Assembly (NCBI GenBank): GCA_964016885.1
Contig: OZ024743.1
Coordinates: 107,756,001 to 107,820,000 of the forward strand
Length of the DNA: 64,000 bases
Origin: Eledone cirrhosa
Lineage: Eukaryota
Direction: 5' to 3'
In this document: piece by piece, positions 26,024-40,299 of the stretch
Position numbering within the stretch: the first letter of the stretch is position 1
Layout: each line of letters opens with the position of its first letter
Notes under the pieces: model-generated
The model's database searches: none
What the model was told of the DNA's origin: nothing
Seen by the model: the letters and a program-made list of their open reading frames with translations, nothing else
Position numbers and translations under genes: made by a program

Positions 26024-26085
26024 TATTTTATTATATATATTTCAAGGGTACAAAAAACTTTGGTACACTCTCATCAGATAAAATA
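26024..26085 (-). ncRNA. Type-I hammerhead motif, family D (3' pseudo-LTR)
   Basis: UAUUUUAU-CUGAUGA-GAGUGUAC...GUACCCUU-GAAA-UAUAUA-UA-AUAAAAUA; 8-bp stem I, long stem II, palindromic AU stem III. Confidence 0.8.
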
Positions 26086-26325
26086 CAAATTTTGTTTTAT
26101 AAATAATGACATACACGATAAACCAGAACTTATCGGTTCAGTTTCCATTTGGATAGTGAAAGAAAAAGAGAAACATTCCAAACCAATTAGGATGGATATG
26201 CAAATGAAGTAGAAACGTAGACTGTAAACATCGTTATATTTCGACGCTAGGTAAATTTAAATAATTATTAGGATACTTTATAAAAGAGGAAGATGAAGAA
26301 GCAGGAAGAAAGATAGGCTATTATT

Positions 26326-26507
26326 TTGGCAGTATCGGTAGAGGGTCAGATGCCATGCTTTGCAAGCAAAGAGTTACAGCCCTTTATTATCTGAATTCAA
26401 ACCCCAGCGAGGTTAACTTTACCTTTCATCCTTATGGGGTCGATAAAATAAAGTACCAGTAATACACTGGGATAATTGCTGGCCTTGTGCCAAAAGTAGA
26501 AACAATT
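26326..26507 (+). mobile_element. tRNA-derived SINE inserted in the 3' pseudo-LTR
   Basis: Family core present; absent from the sister repeat at ~30515. Confidence 0.88.
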
Positions 26508-29500
26508 ATTGTTAGGGTGCAAGTAGATTTTAAAAAATTAAACATTTTAATTGTTTTGAAGTGGTAGAATACTAATCCAAACATTTTTCAATATATAAAC
26601 AAATCATGAGTTATAATATTATATATATAATGTATATATTTATATTTTAAGGAATTAAGGTTGTAAGTGAATTATGTAAGTGAATTATATAAGTGAATTG
26701 TATAAACATCTATATAATTGTAAGTCAATTATATAGATGTTTATACAAATAAATAAAAATATAAATATTATTGGTGATTACACATGCTGCTATGAATTCA
26801 AATATAATTTAAGGGTTACGAAGGATATGTGTTTACATTTTCAATATACAGTTAAGAAAAAGACGTAGTTCGAATTTTATTATAGAACTTTTTGTACATT
26901 CAAATAGTTCAATCAAGATAGAAAACATTAAGTTAACGAAAATTATAGAGACTTTAGTATTTATGTTGTTAAGTGAGAGGATGCTTCATGCGCGCTAGAT
27001 TATAAAGGAAAAGACAACTCCGATGTTTATTTACGTTAGATTTTAAAAATTACTTAAAATGTATGTGGAGAAAATGTTATATATTACTTTATGTATGATT
27101 ATAAGGTATTTTATATTACATGTTTTCAAAGATAAGAATTTCTTTTATATATGTATTTATATATTATCTATATAGTCAATTAGGAAGGAAAATATTAATA
27201 GAGACCTCATGAGTGTAATTAGAAAACTATCACGAAAATGGATATATTTCAAAATATGAATTAAGAAATATCAATTAAACAATATAAAGAATATCAATTA
27301 AGAAAACTAAGAAGAATATCAATTTGAAAAGAAAATCATTTGTAAAAAATTATATTACATAAAAAGAAAAATATCATTTCAAAATCACAACTAAACATTG
27401 ACAGAAGACATAGATAATGTGAATAAGTGAATTATAAACTATATATTATAAATACTTCGGAAAGTCATAGTTTGGCGATGTCTGCAGGAACTGAATATTT
27501 CTTTTTTTAGGTTGATAGACTTTTGGCAAGTGAGTATATAACATTTTTTCAATACATAAATGACAGGTTCTTGAGAGAGCCATATTGAGGTATGCGGATG
27601 CTTTCGAAACCGTTCCCCAAGAGATTGAATAATCAATATTATTGTCATTTAAGTGCCAAATTAGATGTGAAAGTGATGTGGAAAGTTTTTTATCGGACCT
27701 ATTAAATGTATGTTTATGATTATCCCAGTGTTCTTTAAATTTTGTAGAGGTGGCTCCTATATAATTATATATTCTATGTCTAGTTATAACTGTGCATTGG
27801 TATACTAAGTTTTTATCTAGGCAATTTTTCTGTAAAGGGCAATTAGATTCATTTCTACAGTTACATTTACGAGAGTTAGTGTTATTAGGAACGTTACTAT
27901 TATGATTAGTATTAATAGTGTTGTTAGTAATATTAATATTGTTATCTTGGTTTAATTTGTTTAGGTTTAAATTTAAGTTTCTATTTATATGTTGTGCTAT
28001 GTTCATGGTAGTAGAGTAAGATAGTTTTTTATAGTATGTCTGTTAAAAATAGAGTGATATATGTGGGATTTAAGAAAACATTTATCTAATGCCTTTAAAA
28101 ATAGTTTTGCTACAGGTGTTTTAACTCCTAATGAGAATGGGGGAGAGTACCAAATAATATTTCTAGTTCTAGTTCTTTTGTTTGGTTTACTATTTAAGTT
28201 AAATTGTTTATTACTATTATTATATTGAATTTTAGGAAGATTTTGCATGTTTTTGTTATCTATGTGTTTAATTTTATAGCCAGCTCTATGTAAAGCATCA
28301 TTGTAATATTCTGCCTTATTATCAAAAATATTTTTATTAGCTGAAATGCGTGAAATTCGTAGCTGGACACTATTGACGATAGTATGTTTTATATTATCAA
28401 GATGGTTAGAATTGAAGCTTACATAATTTAGGTTATCATTAATTTTATGGAAAGGATAAAATAGACCTGAGTTAAGGTTTAAAGTTACATCTAAGAAGTT
28501 AACAGTTTTATTATTACTTTCGATTTCTAATTTAAGGTTGTAGTTATTGAAAAGTTCTATGATAGATTTCCTTTTCCTGTTAAGTTCACTATTGCTTTGG
28601 TTTTCGATTAAAAGTAACATATCGCCGCGATATATACCTCCGGTCATCTCTGGCATTTTACTATGTAGTACATTAAGAATAAATAATCCGACGAGGTCTG
28701 TTACTTGAGCTGAGTCCGATGATCCTATAGTGATATCAAAGTTATTCTGTCTATCAGCCCTTGTCCAGAGATGGTTTTAAATTCGATTATTGTTTTACGT
28801 GCTGTTAGAATGTTATTTATTTCATCACTAGATAAGTCTGTATATTTAGAAGCGTAGATAAGTGTCTTATTAAGTAAGCTAGGGGTAATTAAAGAGTAGT
28901 AATTTGCAATATCCATTTGAATAAATATTTTCTTATGATTTAATTTAATGTCTGCAAAACACTCTATTACTTCATTTGTACAGTTCCATAGTTTAAGATG
29001 TGATTTTAGGTTAAGTACTGGTATAATCCTATCTAGTATATGTTCGCTAATTATGCCGAAGTCAGACTTAGATGATGCGATGAGTCTCACTGGTAGTTCA
29101 ACTTCAACAATTTCGATTTTCTAGTTATAAAAGGTTCTGTCTTATTTTGAATGCCTAATTTATAAATGATTTCCGAAGCTTCTTTATAGATCTTCACTTG
29201 ATGTTTTTTGTTATAATTTTTCCAAAGTTCCTTCAATATTAAGTTATTATAAGTGTCCTTTTCGATACCGTATAAAGTATTGGTTTTGTCCGATTTTACA
29301 AGGATCTTCTTTGTTTTTTCGAGATTGTCTATTTTGTTTTTGAGGCCTTTGTGGTATTCCTAGCCAATAAATTGGTTCCTTTTAAATTTAACGTTCTGTA
29401 TTATGGAGATTATTTCATTTTCAAATTCGGCTAAAAGTTTGTTGAAAGGTCGATTTTTCCTTGATTTGAAAATAAGATCAAAATTATATTTTGATTTATT

Positions 29501-29840
29501 TATGTCCTTTCCGATTTCTTATCAAAATGGAAAGCACGCCATCTAAGTCTCCATATGAAAGAATTATATATAAGTTCTTTTACATATTGTTTATTTTTAG
29601 GTAAGGGTACATCCTTTAGAGAAGAAGAGATCTTAAAAAATCCCATTATTAATTCTTTGCAATCTGTTATAGTTTAATGTGCTCTACATTAAAGGAGCTT
29701 TTTATAAGCAAAGAGATATTTAATTTGCCGGTAATACAACAAATGTATTTATTAGGCCAGATTCTAATCTCTCTACAGGTTTCCTGGGGTATAATATCAA
29801 TGATATTAATAAACGGAAACTATATTTATAAAACCATATT

Positions 29841-29903
29841 TATTTTATTATATATATTTCAAGGGTGCCAAAAAAACTTTGGTACGCCTCATCAGATAAC
29901 ATA
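29841..29903 (-). ncRNA. Type-I hammerhead motif, family D (5' pseudo-LTR)
   Basis: UAUGUUAU-CUGAUGA-GGCGUACCAAA...UUUGGCACCCUU-GAAA-UAUAUAUA-AUAAAAUA. Confidence 0.75.
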
Positions 29904-30939
29904 CAAAACTTGTTTTATAAATAGTGACATACCCGATAAACCAGAACTTATCAGTTCAGGTTCCATTTGGATAGTGAAAGAAAAAGAAAAAAAATTTCAA
30001 ATGATTTAGGATGGATATGCAAATGAAGTAGAAGCGCAAACTGAAAAAATCTTTATATTTAGACGCTAGGTACATATTTAGAAGAATAGTATTATACATA
30101 TATTATTATAACGGTTTTGGAAATAACATGAAAGGCTGATTCACTTTTTTGTAGAAAGGTTTACTTCGTAAATTGAGTAGATTGAGACCAAAGTGTGTGC
30201 CGGAGTTTGCTTTTGGTATATTTTACTTCACGTGTTGTGAGTAAACTTAAAAGATTGGAGAAGGCAAAGTTCATATTCTCTCGAGTGCTGGTAGGTGCCA
30301 AATAGGGAGGACGTTCTGGTGGTCTCAATATATAGTTCATATGGGGACTTAACTCCGATTACCTCTTGTAGGTGACACTAGGGGTCACTACCGTCCCCAA
30401 GGGACGTAATTCTCATGAGTTCTGGGTTTCACCGCTAGGGTTCACTAAAATTTAAATAATTATTAGGATACTTTATAAAAGAGGAAGATGAAGGAGAAGG
30501 AAGAAAGATAGGCTAGAATTTATTATTAAGGTGCAAGTAGATTTAAAAATTAAAAATTAAAAATGTGTTGAAGAGCTAGAATGCTTATCCAAAAGTTTTA
30601 AAATATATAACCAAATCATGAGTTATAATATTATATATATATAATGTATATAATTATAGTATTAAGGAATTAAGGTTGTAAGTACTTTAGCGTATTATAT
30701 TACGACCAGTCAATTATATAGATATTTGTACATTCAAATAGTTCAATCAAGATAGAAAACATTAAGTTAACGAAAATTATAGAGCCTTTAGTATTTATGT
30801 TGTTAAGAAGAGAGGATGCTTTATGCGTGCTAGATTATAAAGGAAAAAGGGAAAAGAAAAAACAATGTTTACTAGTTAGATTTTAGAATTTACTTAAAAT
30901 CTATGTGGAGAAAATTTATATATTATTTATGTATGATTA

Positions 30940-30987
<48 letters not shown>

Positions 30988-30990
<3 letters not shown>

Positions 30991-31121
30991 AAAAAGTATG
31001 ACCCCGCCGGCAGAGATCAAGCCGTTTCGAGGCTATCATACTTTTTCCTACCCACTCTACTACCCTAATTATTGAGTACTGTGGTGCGTTATGGTCCAGG
31101 TTCCTTACCACAATTCCTTCG

Positions 31122-31123
<2 letters not shown>
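30988..31123. mobile_element. Family A element: inverted head plus forward tail
   Basis: GGAAAAAGTATGACCCCGCCGGCAGAGATCAAGCCGTTTCGAGGCTA followed by TCATACTTTTTCC...TTCCTTCGTT(AT)n. Confidence 0.75.
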
Positions 31124-31159
<36 letters not shown>

Positions 31160-31161
31160 GC

Positions 31162-31198
<37 letters not shown>

Positions 31199-31550
31199 GT
31201 ATATATGTGTGTGTGTATGATTATATATCTGTGTGTGTGGATGTATGTGTGCGTATGAGTGTATATATGTGGTTGATGAGCTTATATTGCTATGTAAAGG
31301 TTTATATGGATGTATGTATAGATGCACGCATGTGGTTTTATGTGTGTTTATGTATGTATTTTTGTATGTGTGTACTTACATTTTTTTTTCTATTAAGAGA
31401 CATTTATCTAACTCAGCCCCACTATCATTTTTAATAGATATCAATTTCGAAACTTATCTCCAAAACATAATTATTTTATCCGATGAACGGCTAGACATTC
31501 TGCAAGAATCATCTAGTTTCTTTAAACCTTTTAAATATTGTGATGTTTAT

Positions 31551-31738
31551 AATTGTTTCTACTTTAGGCACAAGGCCAGCAATTACTCAGTACATTACTG
31601 GTATTATATTTTATCGACCCCGTAAGGATGAAAGGCAAAGTTAACCTCGGCGGGATTTGAACTCAGACTGTAAAGGGACGTAACTATGCTAGAAAGCATG
31701 GCGTCCAACCCTCTACCGATACTGCCAATTCACCGCCC
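31551..31738 (-). mobile_element. tRNA-derived SINE, full length, 18-bp TSD
   Basis: TSD TATTGTGATGTTTATAAT at 31536-31553 and 31739-31756; family core intact. Confidence 0.92.
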
Positions 31739-31768
31739 TATTGTGATGTTTATAATGTAATTAAACAA

Positions 31769-31822
<54 letters not shown>

Positions 31823-31879
31823 TAAATATATATATATATGCATATATATATATATGCATATATATATATATATATGTAT

Positions 31880-32352
<473 letters not shown>

Positions 32353-32430
32353 TATTTATATACAACTGTTGGTTCAACAGGAATAAAACTTTGAAGGAAT
32401 TTTGGCAGTCCGGTCTCCTTACATTTTACT

Positions 32431-32477
<47 letters not shown>

Positions 32478-32493
32478 TGTATATATATATATA

Positions 32494-32561
<68 letters not shown>

Positions 32562-33101
32562 GTGTGTGTGTATGTGTATGTGTATTTGTATATGCGCTAC
32601 AATTTATGAAGTTTTCTTACCATTTCAGAATGCAAATAGCTAAACTAATCATAAAGACTAAATTAACCCCCCCCCCCCATACACACACACACACCTAATT
32701 CAGAAGTTCTTCCATCATCCCTGCATATCTGTTCTATCCGACAAGCTCCGCCTCTTAATTGATTATATGTATATGGATATATATATATAGAGAGAGAGAA
32801 AGAGACAGGTTGAGAGGAAGAGGGAGAGAGATAGATATATATATATATATATAGAGAGAGAGATAGAGATAGAGAGAGAGAGTGAGACAGACAGACAGAC
32901 AGACACGCCGACAGATAGACCGAATATATATATATATATATATAACCGCATGCGCGTTTGTTAATGGAATTTTAATAAACATGGACGCGTACACATGTAT
33001 ATTTTTTTATCTATTGGGAAATTATAATCCTGAATACATGCATGCAGATATATATATATATACTGAGTGAGAGAGGAAGAGAAAGTTTGACAGATAGTTA
33101 G

Positions 33102-33133
<32 letters not shown>

Positions 33134-33161
33134 ATAGATAGCTAGATAGATATATGGATAA

Positions 33162-33211
<50 letters not shown>

Positions 33212-36200
33212 GGATAGATACAAACCTAACTTGTGTTTGATAACACTTCGTAAATTCATATCTATGAAATATAAGGAAAATAATATCCAAGATTATATAT
33301 ATGTGTGTGTGTGTGGTGTGTGGGTGTGTTAGTTTCAATACTTGTGATATAAATCATTTCATCGAACCACTTTAAACATGAGTATATTTTTTCTTATAAC
33401 ATTTATGCATATATTATTTTTTTTTCTGCATATATTCAAGTGTGTGTGTGCGACAAATATTTTTTACGTGCATGTTATGGGTTTACTTGCGTGTTTTTTG
33501 CTCTGTATGTGCTTGTGTTTCGCTCCGCGTGTGTTGTAAACCCTAGGAATAGCAAAATAGAAAAAAAAATATTTGCGAATGTATATAATATTCTGGGAAG
33601 TTTCATAAAATCCACTTAACAACGGGAAGATTCAGAGAAAAAAAATACTTATTCATTCCAATATTAAACCTGATAACAAACCCTAAATCTTAAACTGGAA
33701 CATTTGAAATGAGAGTTAAGCAGGTAAACAACAAAGAAATTGATGAAATTTTAAACATCTTGCAATGGTTTCTTTTTTTTTCCATGTGTGTGTGTGGGTT
33801 GATGTTATAATATCATGCACAGTACGCTGTTATCATTGAAGTTAAATCACGTGATAATTCTTAATCTGTGTCCGGAAAACATAAAGATTTTTCTTGCATT
33901 AATTAAATATTTGTATATTAAATTATCTAATTATACTTTGTTTTCTTAGAAGGTATGTTAGCCTTTGTTTTAACTTCGAATTTCTTACAAAACATGTCAT
34001 TAAACGAAATGTTTTGCACGAACATGAGCCTGATTTCTTTTCCATTGCGTCGCATCTCATAATACTTCAGCTTCTTAGTTCATATAATGGCCTACGTTTA
34101 GAACGTAATTTCTCACCAGGAATACAAATATGTACAAGTAGTTAAGATACTTCTTTGTAGTAACACGATCTTGTGTTCCATCCCAATGTGAAGCTTCTTA
34201 GTCAAATCCCTTTTTTGTTTACCGTACTTGAGTCAAACAAAAATTTGATAAAGAAATTCGGGGGTTGGAATCTGTACGAAACGCCGTTTTGACTCCATAC
34301 AGTTTATTTTGTTTATATGTTTCACAAACATTGGTTTGCTTATTAGCAAGAGAATTTACAACAATCATTGCACACAAAATACAATTTAACTACATGTACG
34401 ACTAGCTGTGGAACATGTACAGGCAAATATGTAATGATAACGTAGTCGTCTGGCATAGTTCAATTCTTCAGTTGATTTCATGCACTTATTCCCGTCTCTA
34501 TTGTTTTATATTCGCAACGGCTTCGATTATTTCATAGTTCATCTCATAATTAAACAGATTACAATGAGTAGTCTGTTGTGTATTTTTATTTCAGTATGGA
34601 AAGAACAAAGTCTATTTACTCTTGGTTTTACTGATACGTTCATTAAATGTATTTTAGATTTTCATACACACAAAACACACGCACAAATATAAACACGCAG
34701 GCATAAAACCAAATAATATGTAGGCTGCAACCTGATCAACCCCATATAGATATATGGTATAGGTTTCGATGTTATTATGCGATGAGTCTTTTGGGTATAA
34801 TTCTGAAAGATGGGATTAATTTTACTTTATATTTTACTTTATATCTGTTGTAGGTTGTATCTGTACAGCTACGTTGAGTATAGTTATTTGGAGAATATAT
34901 GCCTGTGTTCAGGAATAGCGTTGACTTGGAGTCACTTTGGTTGTGTTTATACCAGAGTAATTAGAAATTTTGGTTATATATATTTTATTGGTGCTGTACA
35001 AGATAGAGTGTTTATAACCTCTATGGTTGTACGAATACGTAACTCTTGTTAGAGTAGTAGATGCACCGAAGAGAATTATAAATCTAGCGGTGTCCATAAC
35101 TCAACGTACAATTCAACGTATAAATCTTCAAGAGATCAGCATTAAGCAGTTCTAGCCTATTGCTCTCGGGGTTGGGGTCTCAAAATACTTCTGGAGGAGA
35201 CCCTCTCTCCTGACCAAATAAATTAACAATAAAAAGTTAGTTTGATATAATTAGCAATAGAGAATTTGAAATTTGAAAATATATTCGTCAACAATAATAG
35301 TTGATAACCATAACTTATTCAAATGTTATCTATAGTTATCAATTATTGTCTACATTGTGGCAGATATATGTCTGAATTTTGAATTAATATACGTTTTAAA
35401 AAGGTTTATTTTATTTTTCTCCGGTGATCTGCAAATCTAGTTTCAATTCTGATATTAATATATCATGGAGAGATGAAAAAGAGGCATCTATGTCGCATTT
35501 CACTTGTATTAAACCTTCTATAATAGAAGCCATAGTGAATGGTGACGATGATATACGTATAAGTATAATTATATTTACATGTGTGCATGCATACCATTTT
35601 TCTTTCCACTTTCTTCATCTCTCTCTCGCTCTCCATCTAACTTTCACTATCACATATCACACACGTAATCTTAATAGCTGTCTAGCCCTAACTTTCCTTC
35701 CCTTAGCCTTATATATATATGTATACTCAGAAATACACTCACATTCACACGCACGCACACACATATATACACATGCATACACGCATGTGTGTGTATGTAG
35801 AGAAACAGAGAGAAAAAGAGAGGGCCGAATGGTAGAGAGAAAGAGAGTGGAAGACATGTGCATATGTGAGTGAATGTATGTATGTACACGTGTATGAGAG
35901 AGAAAGAACGAGGGATAGATAGAGATAGCGGAAGACGTGTGCATATTTGAGCGAATGTATGTATGTACACATGTATGAGAGAGAGGGGAGAGATAGAGAG
36001 AGGGAGCTAAGGAGGGATAGAGAGAGACAGAGAAAGCGAGACACATGCGCATATCCATATCTTTGCATATATCTAATCAGTTGTAGTATTTTTGTTTGTA
36101 TATGTTTTTTGTATTTGTGTAAGCGTCTCATTGTGTGCAAAATTAATTTGTGTGAATATATGAACATGCGAGTGAAAATGTAAGATTATAACTATATGTA

Positions 36201-37133
36201 TATGCTCTGCTAACAGTTATACAAAAAGAAATACATACATTATTTCATTGCTCACTTTTGCAATCTAATCCATTATGAAAAGGAAATGCAAAAAGAAAAA
36301 TAGCTAAGCAAGAAGTATAGCATCTTCAGATATTTATTCCTAGAACTCGTATTTCAATAAATGCTAAATTTAAATTGGAGTTTTGTATTTTTTGTACAAC
36401 CTCTGCCAAAAATGCGTGTCCATGACATGTCCGTATGTGTGTATAAGGACTAACTCATCTATATGTATATATATATATGTGCGTGTATGTGTGTGTACAT
36501 ATATATATATATGTATGGATATAAATATATGTGTGTGTGCATGTATTCCCACACACTCTCACATACAAACACACATGCAAACTTTCATAAACACAGGCGT
36601 GGTATTGATAATAGTATGGGTGGACTGAGAGGAACGTTGCAAATTGCCATATTAAAAGTTCATTTATACCAACACCAATTAATGAGGGATTTGATTATTT
36701 GCATGAGATCAACTTGCTATTGTGAGTATTCCGGTCTGTGCATACCATTTTCCCAACTACCACTTTCATTACTTGATGATTTTTACATAGCTCTTAAAGA
36801 GAAGTCGCTCCGATTTTTCCCGTGTTTCATAGAAGAGGTAAAATCCTTGAAATCTGATGAAAGGGGAAGTAATTTTGTTAACTTTATTTAATCTTTCTTA
36901 ACTTAAACTATACTAGATTCAACAATGCATTTCCTATTCCTATTGTAACGCCCGAAGCGATCATCAGCGAATATGCGTGTGTATGCAATATAATATGACA
37001 AGTAAGTATGTTTTGAAACATATTTATGTATATACATATATGCACTTCCACCGAGTGTGAACCTAATATAATTGTGTAAAAATTGCCTCCGGTGTTTTGT
37101 TTGTTTCATTTATTAACTATATATATATATATA

Positions 37134-37520
37134 CAATGATATTAAATAAATTGAAACTATATTTATAAAACCATATTTATTCTATTATATATATTTCAAG
37201 ATGTACCAAAATTTGGGTACGCTATCATCAGATAAAATACGAAGTATTGGATACTATCCAAGGAAAACTTGAACCGTTTAGGTATATTCTCCTTGGTTAT
37301 GTAAACATTTCTAAAACACACTTCGTATTTTATCTGATGATAGCGTACCAAAATGTTGGTACCCTTGAAATATATATAATAGAATAAATATGGTTTTATA
37401 AATATAGTTTCCATTTATTTAATATCATTTTATATTATAATCCAGAATCTGTCGTGTGCTCTGAATCAGTTATAAACATTTATATTTGTTGAATTTCCAA
37501 TAAATTGAATATCCCTTCTG

Positions 37521-37522
<2 letters not shown>
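37134..37522. mobile_element. Family D inverted pseudo-LTR pair, each arm with a hammerhead (37178-37239 minus, 37326-37386 plus)
   Basis: Arms ~37135-37244 and ~37321-37430 are reverse complements; both have an intact CUGAUGA...GAAA core; TA tracts on both sides. Confidence 0.85.
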
Positions 37523-37554
<32 letters not shown>

Positions 37555-37556
<2 letters not shown>

Positions 37557-37746
37557 TTAATCCCGGAAGAAATCGGAGGTAACCACAGTAAGTAAGGTAC
37601 TCAATACAAAGAAGAGTATAAATATTTTATATAGAAAAGGCTTCTACGGGACTAGAACCGTTTCATTCGGGAGAAATCATTAGGAACCTCTGATGATTTC
37701 TCCCGAATGAAACAATTCTAGTCCTGTAGAAGCCTTTTTCTATATT
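37555..37746. mobile_element. Family B fold-back with a hammerhead motif in each arm
   Basis: Plus arm CUGAUGA-U-UUC(UCCC)GAA-U-GAAA-CA..CUAG..UG-UA-GAAGCC (37690-37734); minus arm the same with CUAAUGA; tail shares GTATTGAGTAC with family A. Confidence 0.75.
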
Positions 37747-37754
37747 AAATATAT

Positions 37755-37804
<50 letters not shown>

Positions 37805-38288
37805 ATCAAAAGTGTTGTTATTTGTAGAACCATCATTATTGCCTTGATGGTTAATTCATTGGCACTAACCGACCAACGCTACACGTTGGTGGCTGCAAAA
37901 CGCAAAAAAAAAAAAAAAAAAAAAAAACTGATCAGACAAGTCACAGCTGATGGTCGATGTAAAAACTGCTCGAATGCGCACTTTTTCATCGCAGCCATTT
38001 ATCTTTTTCAGTTCCCGATGATTTTCCTAAAATTGTTTTACGCCGACGTTGATAAGTTGGTGCAACGCTATTCTCTCTATATCGTGTATAAATTCACGAT
38101 TAAAAATGTTGTGTATTTGCGTGCATACTTATATGTTTAAATGTGTGTGTTCCTGAAGATGGCTGCGTTATATATGTATTTTTTATTATATATTATTCAG
38201 TGTTTCTATACATATTAACTTACGTGTTTATCAATTCGTAATACTTCTCGCTCTCTCACTCTCACTCTCTCTCTCTTCCTCTCACTCA

Positions 38289-38320
<32 letters not shown>

Positions 38321-38428
38321 GTATATATATATATACATATCTACTGAAAATGCAAAGTTGCTCTGGTTCGATATTTCATATAAAAGCATGCGCGCTCATA
38401 AACGATACGTAAATTTATATATATATGT

Positions 38429-38461
<33 letters not shown>

Positions 38462-38609
38462 CACACGCACACACACACACACGCGCGCATACACACACAT
38501 ATATATATATATAAGTATATATACATATATATATGTATATATACATATATATACATATACGTTTATAGATATAGATATAAAATATATATCTTATGTATTA
38601 ATATATACT

Positions 38610-38652
<43 letters not shown>

Positions 38653-38721
38653 TAATATATTTATATAAATACATACACATACACACAAACACGTACACAC
38701 ACGTATATATGTATGTAAACA

Positions 38722-38781
<60 letters not shown>

Positions 38782-39645
38782 TGCTTTAAAACACACACTA
38801 TATATATATATATATATATTTACACACATATATGCATACATACATGCATACATAGACATACAGGCAGACAGACGCATATACACATCTATATCAAACCGCA
38901 CAGTTGCTTCGCTGGTTCCCTATTATTTTGGAGCAGAGCCAGAAACCTTCGGATTAATATCATCGTAGGTCAATAAGGCCGAATATCAATTTCACGTCAA
39001 TATATTATGTTAGGCCCAATTTGAAGACACATCTCTATCAGACAACCACATATCTAATCATTTCTACTTAGTTTCTGTCTGTCTGTCCCTTTCACCCTCT
39101 ATCTCTCTCCCCTATTCTATCTATCACTTCTAATCTCTCTCATTCCTTCTCTCTCCCTCCCCCTTCTCTCTCTCTCTCTCTCTCTCTATTTCTCTCTCCC
39201 CTCTCTCTCTCTCCCTCTCTCTCTTCATCCCATCTTCCTCTCTTTCTCTCTCTCTTTATTGCGATATTTTTACATATTTTGCTAAGATATTTTTCTCCCA
39301 TTAGTTATTATCGTCTTTTTCCCATATATATATATATATATATTTATATATGTATTTATACGTGTATATATAAATTTTATTTTTAAATGACCTCCATTAC
39401 TGTATATATATTTTTAATATATTTATATATTTTTATTCGTTTAATTTTGATGGAAACTCTCCATCATTGGTCATTCATACCACGCAGATTCAATGTGTGA
39501 TGCCGAGCAAAACACAATTTTCTTTCCGCTAAATTTTCTGATTTTTATATATTTATACATTTATTTATTTATATTCATATTCGTATTTTTATTAAAGGAA
39601 GTGATAGAGAGGACGTGAGTAAAAGATATGGAGGCAGAATTTACA

Positions 39646-40073
39646 CCAGTATCGGTAGAGTTTCAGGTAACATGCTTTCTTGCATAGAGTTACGGCCTTT
39701 TACATTCTGAGTTCAAATCCAGCCGAGGTTAGCTTTGCCTTTCATCCTTACGGGATCGATAAAATAAAGTACCTGAAACATATTGGAGTCGATTTAATTG
39801 AATTTTCACTCCCGCCAAAAAAAATTATTGGTCTTGCACCTAAATCAGAAACCAAAGATGGTGGATTGACAGTATTGGTAGATCGTCGGACACCAGGCTT
39901 CACGGCATAGTGTTACAGCCCTTTACGTTCTGATTTCAAATCCCGTCGAGGTTAGCTTTGCCATTCAGCTTTACGAAGTCGTTGCTTAAACACCATTAAT
40001 GCACTAGGGTCTATTTAATCGATATTCCCCACCCCTTCAAATTGCTGGCCTTGTGCTTAAAGTAGAAACAATT
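39646..40073 (+). mobile_element. Two tandem tRNA-derived SINE copies (~39646-39850 and ~39859-40073)
   Basis: Two iterations of the B-box plus TTTGCC(T/A)TTCA core and the GG(T/C)CTTG..AGAAAC tail. Confidence 0.8.
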
Positions 40074-40299
40074 ACTATTATTATTATTATTCTTTTTGTA
40101 ACGCTGTGTAAATAGAAAATGTACCAAAGTATTTAGTCATCTTTCAATGCGCAAGGAACTCAGACAGATAATACTGCCCTTAAAATGTGCGTAGTGTCTA
40201 GTAAGACTGATTTTGTATGTCACCAAACTTGCATGGTATTCCCAACCGCTATAAGAAAACTTGGAGTTTCAGTGTGATTGAATTTATTGCCAGTCACAA

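Larger units (their letters stand above)
25981..30941 (-). mobile_element. Near full-length AT-rich Penelope-like element with two direct pseudo-LTRs (probably Hydra clade)
   Basis: Direct repeats 25981-27101 and 29798-30941; minus ORF pieces from ~29645 (VPLPKNKQY..WRLRWRAFHF), SKSDFGIIS, IYRGD, NFLDV, IIWYSPPFS, CNCRNESNCPLQKNC, LVYQC..YIGAT; frameshifted. Confidence 0.9.

Noticed and set aside
27446-29650. Selenocysteine recoding of PLE stops, as in Naiad elements
   Set aside because: Domain order is RT then C-terminal EN, breaks are frameshifts and mixed stops, and the conserved Cys codons are intact.
35424-36890. Short unique-looking ORFs (35424-35560, 36670-36890) as host exons
   Set aside because: No recognisable domain and no consistent splice-site pair.
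37840-38170. CpG-containing patch with AAATGGCTGCG/AAGATGGCTGCG (YY1-like) as a promoter
   Set aside because: Short motifs expected by chance; no linked exon.
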